Both the position numbers and the translations under genes were made by a program. From Octopus vulgaris (Eukaryota), in assembly GCA_951406725.2 (NCBI GenBank), contig OX597814.1:33976001-34040000 (forward strand): DNA of 64,000 bases, in the 5' to 3' direction. Below, piece by piece: positions 14,184 to 28,205 of the stretch (positions are counted from its first letter, which is position 1; every line of letters begins with the position of its first letter). Under the pieces are notes generated by a model. That model was not told the origin of the DNA. It was given only the letters and a program-made list of their open reading frames with translations, and did no database searches.

Positions 14184-14830
14184 TACAAGGGTGGACTAAA
14201 AAGTTTATAAGCTGACTATGAAAGAATGAAGATAGAGCTGTGAAATCTTGCATGCATTAATTTCAGCTCTTATTAATAACTGCTTTATTTCTTTCCAGGT
14301 AAACTCCCTTCTGACTGTTCAAAGAAGACTTTAAAAATTACTAGTAGCGACTTCTCTTGAAACTGGACAACAGTTGGTATTGTGGCGTTATCAAGTACCT
14401 ACAGAAAAATGGTTCAGCCCACAAGGACATTCGTGCTGATATGGTTGCTATAATATGAGATAGCGCTCTAGCTTTATAAACAGTGCAAAAGTGGGCAGCT
14501 AAATTTAAGAGGGGAACAGAGAGTCTAGGAGATGGCCCTAGGTCTGGACGTTTTGCAACTGGAAAACATCGATCGTGTTCACTGCATGGTGATGGGTGAC
14601 AGACGATTGACAATAAATCAAATAGCCAATGCTGTTAGCATATTCCGAGAGAGGGTTGACAATATTCTGCACAATGAACTTGGCACGACATAGGTTTCTG
14701 CTCGGTGGGCGCCACATCTTCTGATACCTGTTCAAAAGCGCGCGACGCTGATCACATCACGGGAAAATTTGACATTGTTTGAAGCAGACCCAGCTGGTTT
14801 CCTTGAACGTTTCCTAACTCAGGATGTGCA
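14184..14830 (+). mobile_element. Mariner transposon remnant (left end plus N-terminal transposase)
   Basis: TA-CAAGGGTGGACTAAAAAGTTT terminus. Decayed frame reads GVIKYLQK...TVQKWAAKFKRGTESLGDGPRSGR and VSARWAPHLL (mariner WVPHxL linker). Confidence 0.85.
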
Positions 14831-15785
14831 GGAACTATCACAGAGACCAGGTTTTTGAGATGCAGTCATCCACTCTCTTGTTGAATAATAATTATCTTTA
14901 CGTCTATATCGATTATTCTTGTTCGAAAGATGCTGCAGCATTAGTTTGGGAAGGTCAGGCTATACTTTTTGAGCTGGAAGGCAAATTGGTGTAACAAATT
15001 TAAAGAGTAACCAAAACATTTTGTCAAGGCTGGTAGCTGTTTATACCTCTTCACGTACTGGATGTATTGACTTTTTCGGGTGCCAGAACATTTTCGGGAA
15101 CATTTCACTCGTTAGTTTTTCTTGGTGACAGATGTGAATGCACATTGGACCTATAGTAGATGATGCAGAAGACTCTTATACTTTGCTCAGACATTTTTAG
15201 TTTTCTGAAAGATATCTGCTAGACTAACCAAATGTACTATTGTGGATATGATCAAAGCGCACTCAATCACCTCCTTTCTTGTTTAGATTAAATTTTCTTT
15301 AAGTTAGCGGAATAAGAAGAACAATGCATGCTGTCCACAATTTCATATAGAGAGTTATTCAGACCACAAGTTTGTGGACTGTACATTCGACTTAGGTTTA
15401 TTTTTAATCAGATACAGTTATTGGTAGCTGAACATGTTCCTGGCATAGATAAATTTTAAAGGCAAATAAAAGTGAATGATAGAAACCAGTCAAATAGAGT
15501 GGATATTCATAATTGGTGCTTTAGAGGTGGTAGCTCTGCTGAGTGCTAATTGTGAGAATGTCTCTTGATTACTTCGTCTATGCCAAAAATCATGAAGGTT
15601 GTGTATTACGACTGAAATGGATATGTTTGGGGATTTGAAGGAACAAAAGTTGTTCACCGTGCTTGGATTACAGATGCGCAGAATTTTAACAAAACTACAG
15701 TATTTTTTCTGTCGGACAAAGATTGACTTGTAATACAAATATGCAGGTTTTTCGATAACATTTCACCGAAACGGCTTTTGACAGC

Positions 15786-16268
15786 CAGTGGTGCAGCTAA
15801 TAGGGGAGCGACCGTTTCTCCCACCGAGCACATTTTGTCAAAATTGGCGTCTTTTCGACAATTTCTTTTAACTCTTTAGTTCACTTGTGCGATACAAAGT
15901 CGAACCTCTTTTTTTCTATGTTAATCTCATGGCCTTGGATGAACTGTCTGCAGTTATTACTTTATTTGACCAACCTCATGTGTTTTTGAATTGTCTGCTC
16001 AATCTCCAGTGATGTACTGGTGGCTGTTCGTGACACAGGACGGTCGGGTGGGGTTTCTTTTCATACCAGTAATTGTAGGTTTTATACTTAATGACATTGT
16101 TATTGAAGCATGAAATTAATGAAAGATTACAATTATGTATGTTGTAACTGATGAATTATTTCGTGTAATATAAGAGAAAAGAGTAAAAAATTATTTGATA
16201 TGTGCCACGGCGTCTTTTTTTTTTAACTCGCTCACTTCCCTTAACTGTAAAACCTGGCTACGCCTCAG
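15786..16268. mobile_element. Possible non-autonomous DNA transposon
   Basis: Diverged inverted termini CAGTGGTGCAGCTA ... CTGGCTACGCCTCAG. Confidence 0.35.
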
Positions 16269-16469
16269 AAGATTAGTCGCCGTGTCTATAAACAGGAATA
16301 TGTTTCGAGGTCAGGGTGATCTGCCATTCCTTGGTCTGACAGAATCAATGAGCACTGCTAGTTCAAAATAAGTTGTATAGACAAAACAGAATGAATATCC
16401 AGATGTGTGCAAAACAAGACGGAGACAAAGAACGGTCCTACATGTAAGCTAGTGCAATGTTAAACGATA

Positions 16470-16537
16470 GACATACATACGTACATACATACATACATAC
16501 ATACATACATACATACATACATACATACATACATACA
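16470..16537. repeat. (CATA)n microsatellite
   Basis: Direct reading. Confidence 0.95.
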
Positions 16538-16664
16538 TTGCAAACATGGATAAATGAAAGCAGGTATTTTTGTATATCTACCCACCTTACCTGCCTAACT
16601 ATCTACCCACTTACAAGTCTGCCTGTGAATTTGTCTGTTTAGTTGGTAGGATAGACAGGAGACA

Positions 16665-16684
16665 GGCAGACTGAGAGACAGACG

Positions 16685-16778
<94 letters not shown>

Positions 16779-17102
16779 TAGATAGATAGAAAAAAAGAAA
16801 GATAGACAGACAGACAGATAGATAGATAGAAAAAAAGAAAGATAGACAGACAGACAGATAGATAGAAAAAAAAGAAAGATAGACAGACAGACAGATAGAT
16901 AGATAGAAAAAAAGAAAGATAGACAGACAGACAGATAGATAGATAGAAAAAAAGAAAGATAGACAGACAGACAGATAGATAGAAAAAAAAGAAAGATAGA
17001 TAGACAGACAGATAGATAGATAGAAAAAAAGAAAGATAGACAGACAGACAGATAGATAGATAGAAAAAAAGAAAGATAGACAGACAGACAGATAGATAGA
17101 AA

Positions 17103-17135
<33 letters not shown>

Positions 17136-17173
17136 AAAAAGAAAGATAGACAGACAGACAGATAGATAGAAAA

Positions 17174-17238
<65 letters not shown>

Positions 17239-17303
17239 AAAAAGAAAGATAGACAGACAGATAGATAGATAGAAAAAAAGAAAGAAAGATAGATAGATAG
17301 AAA

Positions 17304-17352
<49 letters not shown>

Positions 17353-17461
17353 AAAAAGAAAGATAGACAGACAGACAGATAGATAGAAAAAAAGAAAGAT
17401 AGACAGACAGATAGATAGATAGAAAAAAAGAAAGACAGACATACAGACAGATAGATAGAAA

Positions 17462-17518
<57 letters not shown>

Positions 17519-17642
17519 AAAGAAAGATAGACAGACAGACAGATAGATAGAAAAAAAAAGAAAGATAGACAAACAGACAGATAGATAGATAGAAAAAAAA
17601 GAAAGATAGACAGACAGACGGACAGATAGATAGATAGATAGA
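16665..17642. repeat. Compound GATA/GACA/GAAA microsatellite with a higher-order ~33-41 nt unit
   Basis: Recurrent GAAAAAAAGAAAGATA(GACA)2-3(GATA)2-4 blocks. Confidence 0.95.
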
Positions 17643-17761
17643 AATTCGACGGTAATCTACATTTACAAATCTCTAATACGGTGCTCAGTTTACCTGCTAA
17701 ATATTTTTGTTCCTACATATGTTGCGGTACTTTCATCTTTAATGTGTGTGCACCTAACCTG

Positions 17762-17806
17762 TGTATATATGTGTATGTGCGCGCGTGTACATATGTATGT
17801 ATGTAT

Positions 17807-17882
<76 letters not shown>

Positions 17883-18097
17883 CTGCATGCATGGATGCTG
17901 CATGTATGCATGTACGGATGCTGCATGTTTACACGACGGGTTTCTGCGCAGTTTCCGTCTACTAAATTCTACAAGGTATTATTAACCCAGAGTCGCACGG
18001 TGAGATGGAATCCAGAACCACTTGTTTGCGAAGCGAACTGTCTAATTACACATTCAGACGTGTGCCCATACATACATACATACATACATACATACAT

Positions 18098-18128
<31 letters not shown>

Positions 18129-18453
18129 TACATACACACACATACATACATACATACATACATACATACATACATACATACATACATACACACACATACA
18201 TACATACATACATACATACATACACACACATACATACATACATACATACATACATACATACATACACACACACATACATACATACATACACACATACATA
18301 CATACATACATACATACATACATACATACATACATACACACACACATATATACATACACACACACATACATACATACATACATACATACATACACACATA
18401 CATACATACATACATACATACATACATACATACACACACACATACATACACAC
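17762..18453. repeat. (TA)/(TG) and long (CATA)/(CA) microsatellite cluster containing a SINE family B head fragment (-) at ~17925-18050
   Basis: Direct reading; CAGTTTCCGTCTACTAAATTC is the reverse complement of the family B segment GATTTGGTAGACGGAAACTG. Confidence 0.9.
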
Positions 18454-19486
18454 ATTTTTTTTAATTGTGTATTTTGTTTTGATGCTAAATGTTGTGACTT
18501 TGTACACCCACCCCGCGAAAAGATTTTGCTTATATTAAAATTGTACATTAATGTCTTCTGATTATGGTGCTCTTGTGGCAAAAATAAAGAAATTCCCCCC
18601 CTCCCCTCTTTCACATCATCAGTATCATTGTCATCGTTGTTACTGTTACTGTTATTGCTATTTACTATATTTGATAAGCTGCCAATAGATGCTTCTTACG
18701 CCAATGGTACAAATAGTGAATGCTAACGTATTCCTTCGTCTGCTTTACCAGCATTACCGTCGCATCAAGTGGACGGGCAACAGCAACAGACAGAGGTATT
18801 AGCATCAGTACAAGCAGCAAGAGTAGCTCTAACATACATCATCAACGTCAACATCGCTGTCGACGTCATTACCAACATCACCAACATCAACACTGTCGTC
18901 CCCAACGTAATCTATATTGCTTAATTTTGCTGCATCGGTTAGGCGTCCAACAACAGCAGCCAAACAACACTCTTTAGAAATGTTTTAAACTATATATATT
19001 TAGCTACATACTATACTCTAAAGCTTTTTCAACATAAAAACACAAACCTATTCATTTTTTTTTTTTACTTTCTTCCCTATCTTTTTTTTTTCTTCTTCTG
19101 CCTGTTCGAACATAGACATCGAATCATCCAGCACACTATCGCATCAAACCAGTGACGAAGAAAACACCCCCTCAACACCACAAAAAAAAAAAAAAAGAAA
19201 AAAAGTCGATTGCCGCAAAGTGACCGACTGAAATAATCAGACAAACAAACCAATATTCTCTGCTTGGATAATAGAGAGAGAGAGAGAAAGAGAGAGGGAG
19301 AGAAGAGAAAAGGTGCTTGGCAGTTTCCGAGAGATTGTCTTAGTGATTTTTACTCTTCAAGACATAAATAGCCGGTTGCGTATTGTCTGTCACAGAAGAT
19401 AGACTAACATTGCCACATTTCTTTTTAAAGATTTAGAAAAAAAAAAAAATAATAGTCAAGAGAATTTTTAACAAAACTCTACAACA

Positions 19487-19513
19487 ATGTTTAGACAACA
19501 GAGCTGGTCGAAG
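19487..19513 (+). CDS. Candidate first coding exon (MFRQQSWSK) of an unidentified gene
   Basis: ACAACAATG context and a strong donor AAG|GTAAGG (phase 0). It is preceded by ~800 nt of non-repetitive, CpG-containing sequence with two CCAAT boxes near 18682 and 18701. No downstream exon was identified. Confidence 0.3.
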
Positions 19514-19589
19514 GTAAGGTTTATTTGCTGTTGTTGTTGTAGCTGATATTCTTTTCTTGCTGTTTAAATGATGATAATGTTATTGTTAT

Positions 19590-19770
19590 CCTGCTTAGCG
19601 CTATTTCTTCCGACTTGACGCTACAAGTCCAAATTTCGCCGAGGTAGACTTTTCCTTTCATCCTTTCGGGGTCGATGACCAAACTTACAAAAAAAAAAAA
19701 AAAATTACCAGTTGAAGCACTGGGGTCGATGTGATTAACTAGCTCCCACTCCACATAATTCAGGCCTTGT
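19590..19770 (+). mobile_element. SINE family A copy
   Basis: GCCGAGGTAGACTTTTCCTTTCATCCTTTCGGGGTCGAT core. Confidence 0.8.
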
Positions 19771-19881
19771 GCCGATATTATTATTATTATTACGTTAGTG
19801 CATGCTACGTTAATTAGCAGGCGTTTTATCTTGAGGTTTGGTGATAACAAGCCTTCTCAAATCTCAAGATTTATTATTACT

Positions 19882-19916
<35 letters not shown>

Positions 19917-20149
19917 TTTGCATTTCGTTAATCTATTTCGGAGCTGTGTATTATAAACATACATACACACACACACACACGCATATGTTTGTTCATACGC
20001 ACATAAATTGCTTGACCATTTCATTTGTTAATATCGAAAATTTAATACAACCATCATATTTATGCCCTTATATATTTCTAACATCTCGAAAGATCCTGTA
20101 AACTTGATTTTAACGATTGTGGTTGCATATCTAAATGTGTATTTAAAGT

Positions 20150-20879
20150 GTGTATGTATGTATGTATGTATGTATGTATGTATGTATGTATGTATGTATG
20201 TATGTATGTATGTATGTATGTGAGCGAGTGTGTGCATTTGTGTATGTGTTCATGTGTATGTGTGTGTGTGTGTGTGTGTGTATGAATATACACACACAGT
20301 GTATTTATTCTTGTATAATGGAAGAAATTTAATAAAAACAGGATTCAAAATTGCTGGGACGGAGTGGTATTTTAATCGAGTGGTATTTTAATCGCGCGCA
20401 TACAAGTACTACAATGCGGTATTCTTCGACCTGCTAGTGATAGCAACCAATTCTCCTCCTCACCCACAAATTATATACCCTACAGTCTTAAAAAATTGAG
20501 TTAATTGTACACTAAAATTCTTGATACACAACGTCTGAGTAAAAGACAAGAAGGTCACGGGTGGAAAGTGTTTGACCATAGGTCTGTTCGATCTGATTTG
20601 AGGTGAATGTGTGTGTATTTATATACAGACACAAAACATACATATGTAAATCTGTGTGTGTCTGGGTGTGTATGTATATGTGTGTGCGCACGTTCGTTTG
20701 TGTATATGTGTTTGTGCATGTATATATATATATATATATGCACAAACACAAAATAACAAGTGTAAGAGTATATATATATACATATATATTATGTGTGTGT
20801 GTGTATATATATATATGTACGTATATGTTTATGCGTGTATATATATGTATGTGTGTATACATGAATAAATTTGTGTGTG

Positions 20880-20923
<44 letters not shown>

Positions 20924-20925
20924 CA

Positions 20926-20956
<31 letters not shown>

Positions 20957-21277
20957 GCATATATGTGTGTGTGTGTGCATTTACATGTTTTATCTTTGTA
21001 TTTTTTGCGTCATAGATTTATTATTGGAATTATATATAAAATTATTATGTATAAATGAAAAGAACAAATGATTGAAAAAGCAGTGTTTCAAAAAATCTCC
21101 TTAATTGCGTTTCAGAGTAACCCTTCAGGGTTCGGGTTACAATGTCAAACCGGGAAGCTTCTGGGATGACGACGTCAAAAGTTTTTGTCGCAAAACGCAA
21201 TAATACATTTATTATGAAATTATTATGAAAATTTTTGTTTAATGTATGTAAGCATGCATGTAGGTATATGTATGTAA

Positions 21278-21358
<81 letters not shown>

Positions 21359-21492
21359 TGTTATTTATACAGCATCATAATTCGTGCTGCATAACAAGCA
21401 ATACTAGCGAACGGTTCGAACAGTTTCATACGAAATAAAATTCTCTCTACAATGGAAGAACAATGAAATATTCATCAGACAGCTGATAAGAA

Positions 21493-21555
<63 letters not shown>
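20150..21555. repeat. Microsatellite cluster: (TATG)n, (TG)n, (TA)n, (CATA)n
   Basis: Direct reading. Confidence 0.9.
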
Positions 21556-21559
<4 letters not shown>

Positions 21560-21867
21560 CATATTGTAATTGTCAGTTTAGTAAATAAATAAATAAATAA
21601 TATAATGTCTAAAAGTTGATGAACCACCTATTGATCCCCTCCATTTTTTTCATTGCTCTATAAATTAATGGTAAAATATCTCTTTACTTTCACTTCTCTT
21701 TAGTACACTAGGTAATGTAATTGCAATGCAATAAAAAAACCCACTTGCGTATTAATAATTGGGTAATCTACCAGCAGTATATTGGATAGATAATATCCCT
21801 TAGTGGGTTGGATTCACAACCTCCAACTTTCTTGGAGTTACATATACATACATACATACATAAATAC

Positions 21868-21930
<63 letters not shown>

Positions 21931-21942
<12 letters not shown>

Positions 21943-22082
21943 CTTATACATAAAGTGTGTGTGTGTGTATGTGTGTGTTAGCTGAATACACAGTGCCTAA
22001 AATCTTTCATAGGTTCTGCGAGACAGGTGGAAGGGAGAGAGGAAGATATCCTATAATATATATATACATATACTTATACATA

Positions 22083-22121
<39 letters not shown>

Positions 22122-22205
22122 TGTGTTAGCTGAATACACAGTGCCTAAAATCTTTCATAGGTTCTGCGAGACAGGTGGACGGGAGAGAGGAAGGTATCTT
22201 ATAAT
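21931..22205. repeat. Local tandem duplication (~125-150 bp, two copies) next to a (TA)n tract
   Basis: TACTTATACATAAAG(TG)n...TTAGCTGAATACACAGTGCCTAAAATCTTTCATAGGTTCTGCGAGACAGGTGGA occurs twice. Confidence 0.9.
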
Positions 22206-22408
22206 TGGACTTGCAGCAGAGTGGAGTCCATGGAAGGTAGCTAAGGTGCTACGTGATAGGGTTAAACCGTACGATGTATACACGCACGCACACAGAATAC
22301 ACGCCCATTCATGTATACATATGTTTCTGAATAAACACAATGAAGGTCCTCAATATGTTGACTTATTTGAGTGTATTATTACTACTTTTCCTTCACTCTA
22401 AGTTTCAT

Positions 22409-22632
22409 CGAGCTGGCAGAATCGTTAGCACGCCGGGCGAAATGCGTAGCCGTATTTCGTCTGCCCTTTACGTTCTGAGTTCAAATTCCGCCGGGGTCGA
22501 CTTTGCCTTTCATCCTTTCGGGATCGATAAATTAAGTACCAGTTACGCACTGGGGTCGCTGTAATCGACTTAATCTGTTCGTCTGTCCTTGTTTGTCCCC
22601 TCTGTTTAGCCCCTTGTGGGCAATAAAGAAAT
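22409..22632 (+). mobile_element. SINE family A, full length (tRNA-like head, MetaSINE-like central core)
   Basis: A-box-like TGGCAGAATCG, B-box-like GAGTTCAAATTCC, core GCCTTTCATCCTTTCGGGATCGATAAATTAAGTACCAG, tail GCCCCTTGTGGG...AAAGAAAT. Confidence 0.9.
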
Positions 22633-22684
22633 ATATAACATCTTCAGATGGATTAATTAAACACATACATACATATGTACACAT

Positions 22685-22721
<37 letters not shown>

Positions 22722-23421
22722 AACACACTAGCGGCACCCTTGAAATGCTACGTTTGAGAAATGTTCCTGTTTCTGTTTTCATAAACCCACAACGACATTT
22801 ATAGTTCTTCATAAATGTACATCATCATGTTAAATTAATTACGTCTTTGATTAGCATAACACTCTAACCTGCTTCATAATGATAAGATATCAATTATTTC
22901 ATTGAAAATATTTCATTCCATAGTTAACGTTCTTAACAGCGTAACATTCGAACTTATTTTCATTATGTTAACGTTTACGATTATATCTTTGATTAAGTTC
23001 TGTAGTTAAGGTGCTTTAAAGCTTAACCCACGAACCGTTTCGTTATGTTAACGATTTAGGTTGCATATCGTGGCGAGCAGAATAATTTTACATATAATTA
23101 TATGAATATATTGAATAATTACGTACTATATATTATGATTATAGAATTTGGGGAATTATATATAAGAATGATATATAATTTAATAAATATTTGTATCTGT
23201 ATTTCCGTGTGTTGTGTATTTGAGTGTTATATTATATATGCATGCATACGCATATACATGCATACAGACATAAAAATACGCATACATTTACATACTTTAT
23301 ACACTTACATATATAATTATCTTGTATGTACACACACACATATACACACATATATTTGTATATACACATATACGCACGCATAGATATGTGTGTACGCTGT
23401 ATTTTATATTTATATAATTAT

Positions 23422-23550
23422 CATACATACATACATACATACATACATACATACATACATACATACATACATACATGCATGCATGCATGCATGCATGCAT
23501 GCATGCATACATACATACACACACACACATACATACATACATAATTACAT

Positions 23551-23609
<59 letters not shown>

Positions 23610-24104
23610 TACACACATACACACATACATACATACATACATACATACATACATACATACATACATACATACATACATACACACACACATAAACATATAG
23701 ATATAACAGGCTCTGAAAGCGTCTACTGAACTATCCTTAGTACATTATCCTTGTTAGAAATTTCTCCGAAAACGATTCTTAAACAAATAGGAATTATAAA
23801 GTTATATTGGAGGACTCGTACCCGATTATGACGACATAAGCTCTATTGATAAAGATAATAAGTTGGATTAGTGTTAATATCGCTTCTTAAACATGTTACC
23901 TTCTGACTTCTGTTGCTCGTCCTGACCCCCACGCAATGTCATGAGTCATTTTTGAGAAAGAAAATTAAGGAAATTAAAAAGATTTTTTGAATTTTTTTCT
24001 AGCACTCTGGTCAACTGAACTTTTCTAGAATTTTCATACAGGCTTCAGTGGGATATTTTAATTTTTTCTCCTTAGCACGAATGCTACTAACATTGCAGAT
24101 TTGG

Positions 24105-24136
<32 letters not shown>

Positions 24137-24406
24137 AGAGAGTAATACTGAATACAAAGAGAGTATTTGTGTAGGTGAGATAGAGAGAGAGGACACAGAT
24201 GGAGAGAGAGAGTGATATGTGCGTGTGTATACGTCACATTTAGTGTTGCTGTTCGATATATACACAAAGATTAGAGAAAATATAAAAGCATTCACTGATG
24301 GTGGGACACTGTATTATTCATAATGAAGTGTCAAATTTATTAAGCGTGTTAGAGTGGCCTTAGCGAAACCTTGTATCAGCCCATCAAACGTAATTAATAT
24401 GTCGGA

Positions 24407-24449
<43 letters not shown>

Positions 24450-24472
24450 ACATACATACATACATACATACA

Positions 24473-24534
<62 letters not shown>

Positions 24535-24744
24535 CCAGAGCATGTATCTTTAAAAATCAAAACCATACAATTGGAGTAGAGTATAAATTATCTTTCCAGC
24601 TGTTTCGCATGAAAAAGAAGCAAAAATCTATATCAAAATCGGATTTGATTTTTGATTTTTGCATTTATTTTGTACCTTAGGTATGCTCTGTATACTTCGC
24701 ATTTATGCAGGTGACGGCAAACACAGACACACACACACACACTA

Positions 24745-24808
<64 letters not shown>

Positions 24809-24875
24809 CCACACACACACACATGCGCACGCACACACACATATGAGTGAGTGAGAGAGAGAGAGAGATAAATAG

Positions 24876-24952
<77 letters not shown>

Positions 24953-25172
24953 TGTTAACTTCTATATATAAAGGCTAATAAAATTTTCTTGAAACGGGAT
25001 AAATGATGATGATGATGAGAAAGGTAGCGCTAAAATAGTGTTGATCAGAAAATTTAAATGATTATAGTGATGATGATGATGATGATGATGATTACGGTGT
25101 TGGTGGTGGTGGTGGGTGGGTGGTAGTGATGGTGGTGGGTGGTGGTGGTGGTGGTGGTGGTGGTGATGATGA
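23422..25172. repeat. Microsatellite cluster: (CATA)n with an embedded (TGCA)n, plus (CA)n, (GA)n, (GATA)n, (GAT)n and (GGT)n
   Basis: Direct reading. Confidence 0.9.
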
Positions 25173-26424
25173 TGTCCAAATTTTTTTTTTTGTTGTAGTC
25201 GTTGTTGCTGTTTTTATCATTTAGTTTGCTGAGAAGGAGCAATGATCATAGTTTTTGCAGGTCAGGTCCTCTTAAACTGCGGAATGCGGATAATTGACAT
25301 GTGAGGCTATCAGGTCAGTGTTTTTAAATAGAAAGCGAAGAGAGTGCAGAGATGCTAAAAAGATTTAAAGTCACTCGTTACTACTGGCTTTTCGGTTTCA
25401 ATTACGTCAGGTAGGAAGGTTCCCTTAATTCCAGTTACAGGAAGTGCTGCAGGGAAAGTAAGGACATTAAACACACTAATGACCTTTGTCGGACTTCCAA
25501 GACTGGTGACCGAAAAGGAAGGAAAAACCGCAAACTATAGTTGCTGCTAACTGCTACTTCAAGCCCTGTGAATAATAGGAAGTCACTGGCTGCCGAGTGG
25601 CGCTGACATAAAAAAAGGCAGCCTCCCAAGGTGTTGCACAAAGGGTTACAAGCCTCAACATATTTAGCGACAGGCATTCGCTGGAGAATCACTTCTAGCT
25701 GTGCTCCCTGAAGGAACCTTTGTATAGGAACACGACCTGCTAGAAATAGCAACCAAATTTCTTTCATATTACACTCTATTGTCTTGAAAAAAAAAACAGA
25801 AGTCACATTGGATAGTGTAACCCAAGTTAAACTGTGCCTGAATAATTGATAGGATGGTTGTGGTTGAAATATCTTTGAACGACCTAAACAACAGCAATAA
25901 ATAGGGTCACATAAACCCTTGAGGAAGGAAGGCCAGGTGGACCATTTGACATGGACCTTCGATTTGAAGGAATGGGGTCCCCCAGTTGGAAGCAAAAAGA
26001 GAACCCTTTTGTAAAGAATCTACCGTTATTTATAAATCGTTCTGTCCTTTTATTCCGGTCAGTGTCTTATAAGACCATCATGTACACTACATCACTGCAT
26101 GTTCATGTAGAGTCCCGTAGTCCCATGCGTAGATCATATGTCACAGAACCTTCTAAAATTAGATGAATACCTCTAAGCCTTGTCCAAGCCTAATTAAGTT
26201 ACCCATAAAAAAAATCAAACAATCCCCACAAACTATGAATCCACAAACGTTCCACTCAACAAAAATGATGTACAACCCAGAATAACGAGACTAAGACATA
26301 AGAAATTCACAATCGAGCATAAGATATGTGCTTTCCCATCATCTGCTGTCCAAACGGATATCGCTATGGTTTCGACACCTGAGCAATACCATTCAATCCG
26401 GCAGTGTTAAAAATATAAATGCTG

Positions 26425-26697
26425 TCCGTGGCTATGTAGTGAGAAGTTTGCTTTCCAACCTTAAGGTTCAAGGTTCAGTCCAACTGCATGACACCTTAGT
26501 CAAGTGTCTTCTTCTATACCCTCGGGCCGACCAAAGCTTTGTGAGTAGATTTGGTAGACGGAAACTGAAACAAGTTCGTCGTCTCTACGTAGGTACGTAG
26601 GTACGTAGGTACGTACGTATGTATGTATGTATGTATGTATGTATGTATTTATACATGTCTGTCTGTCTATCTATCAATCTCTTTCTCTCTCTCACTC

Positions 26698-26729
<32 letters not shown>

Positions 26730-26985
26730 AATATATATATATGTATGTAAGTATGTATGTATCTGTGAGTGTGTCTTTGTGCCTCTCTGTGTGTTGCCAC
26801 TACCATTTGACGACCGGTGTTGGTGTGATTACGTCCCCGTAACTTAGCAGTTTGACAAATGAGCCCGACAGAATAAGTGCCAGGCTTAAGAAATAAGTAC
26901 TGGGGTCGACTCGTTCGACCAAGAATTCTTCAAGGCGGTGCCCCAGCATGGCCGCAGTCTAATGACTGAATCAAATAAAAGATTG
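26425..26985 (+). mobile_element. SINE family B with an expanded internal microsatellite
   Basis: GTGGCTATGTAGTGAGAAG...GGTTCAGTCC...GGGCCGACCAAAGC...GACGGAAACTG and tail CCAGCATGGCCGCAGTC...ATGACTGAA; similar to 34903-35290. Confidence 0.85.
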
Positions 26986-27161
26986 AAAAAAGAAAAGTAA
27001 CATAAGAGTAATCAAACACTGACAAGATAGTATTATGACAAAAAAAAAAAAACTAAGGGTATTCAGACAACACGTAATTGGCACTGATTGCTAAAATACT
27101 TAATGAGTAGTTGAAACAAAGCCGATATTATACATCTGTTTAGGCCCATTGTCAGTTGAAA

Positions 27162-28205
27162 TGGAGGCCTGCATTTCCCTTTCACATTTGGAGTCCTGCA
27201 TTTCCCTTTCACATTTGGAGTCCTGCATTTCCGTTTCACATTTGGAGTCCTGCATTTCCCTTTCACATTTGGAGGGTTGCATTTCCCTTTCACATTTGGA
27301 GTCCTGCATTTCACTTTCACATTTGGAGGGTTGCATTTCCCTTTCATATTTGGAGTCCTGCATTTCCCTTTCACATTTGGAGTCCTGCATTTCCCTTTCA
27401 CATTTGGAGTCCTGCATTTCCCTTTCACATTTGGAGTCCTGCATTTCCCTTTCACATTTGGAGTCCTGCATTTCCCTTTCACATTTGGAGGGTTGCATTT
27501 CCCTTTCACATTTGGAGTCCTGCATTTCACTTTCACATTTGGAGGGTTGCATTTCCCTTTCACATTTGGAGTCCTGCATTTCCCTTTCACATTTGGAGTC
27601 CTGCATTTCCCTTTCACATTTGGAGGCCTGCATTTCCCTTTCACATTTGGAGTCCTGCATTTCCCTTTCACATTTGGAGTCCTGCATTTCCCTTTCACAT
27701 TTGGAGTCCTGCATTTCCCTTTCACATTTGGAGTCCTGCATTTCCCTTTCACATTTGGAGTCCTGCATTTCCCTTTCACATTTGGAGTCCTGCATTTCCC
27801 TTTCACATTTGGAGTCCTGCATTTCCCTTTCACATTTGGAGTCCTGTATTTCCCTTTCACATTTGGAGTCCTGCATTTCCCTTTCACATTTGGAGGCCTG
27901 CATTTCCCTTTCACATTTGGAGTCCTGCATTTCCCTTTCAAATTTGGAGGCCTGCATTTCCCTTTCACATTTGGAGTCCTGCATTTCCCTTTCACATCTG
28001 GAGGCCTGCATTTCCCTTTCACATTTGGAGTCCTGCATTTCCCTTTCACATTTGGAGTCCTGCATTTCCCTTTCACATTTGGAGGGTTGCATTTCCCTTT
28101 CACATTTGGAGGCCTGCATTTCCCTTTCACATTTGGAGTCCTGCATTTCCCTTTCACATTTGGAGACTTGCATTTCCCTTTCACATTTGGAGGCCTGCAT
28201 TTCAC
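27162..28205. repeat. 27-bp minisatellite, ~38-39 copies, consensus GGAGTCCTGCATTTCCCTTTCACATTT
   Basis: Direct reading; variants GGAGGGTTGC, GGAGGCCTGC and GGAGACTTGC. Confidence 0.97.

Noticed and set aside
16595-18614. Long ORFs (up to 325 aa) of SIYL/HTYI/MYVC type
   Set aside because: They are translations of stop-free microsatellites.
18720-18977. 85-aa His/Gln-rich ORF
   Set aside because: Low-complexity CAA/CAT-rich sequence with a GTG/weak start context and no domain; more plausibly UTR or non-coding.
25261-25313. Small internal exon (tttttgcag ... CAG|gtcagt)
   Set aside because: Stop codons occur in all three frames and nothing else supports it.
27162-28205. CRISPR-like array
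   Set aside because: The units are contiguous with no unique spacers, there are no cas genes, and the context is eukaryotic; it is a minisatellite.
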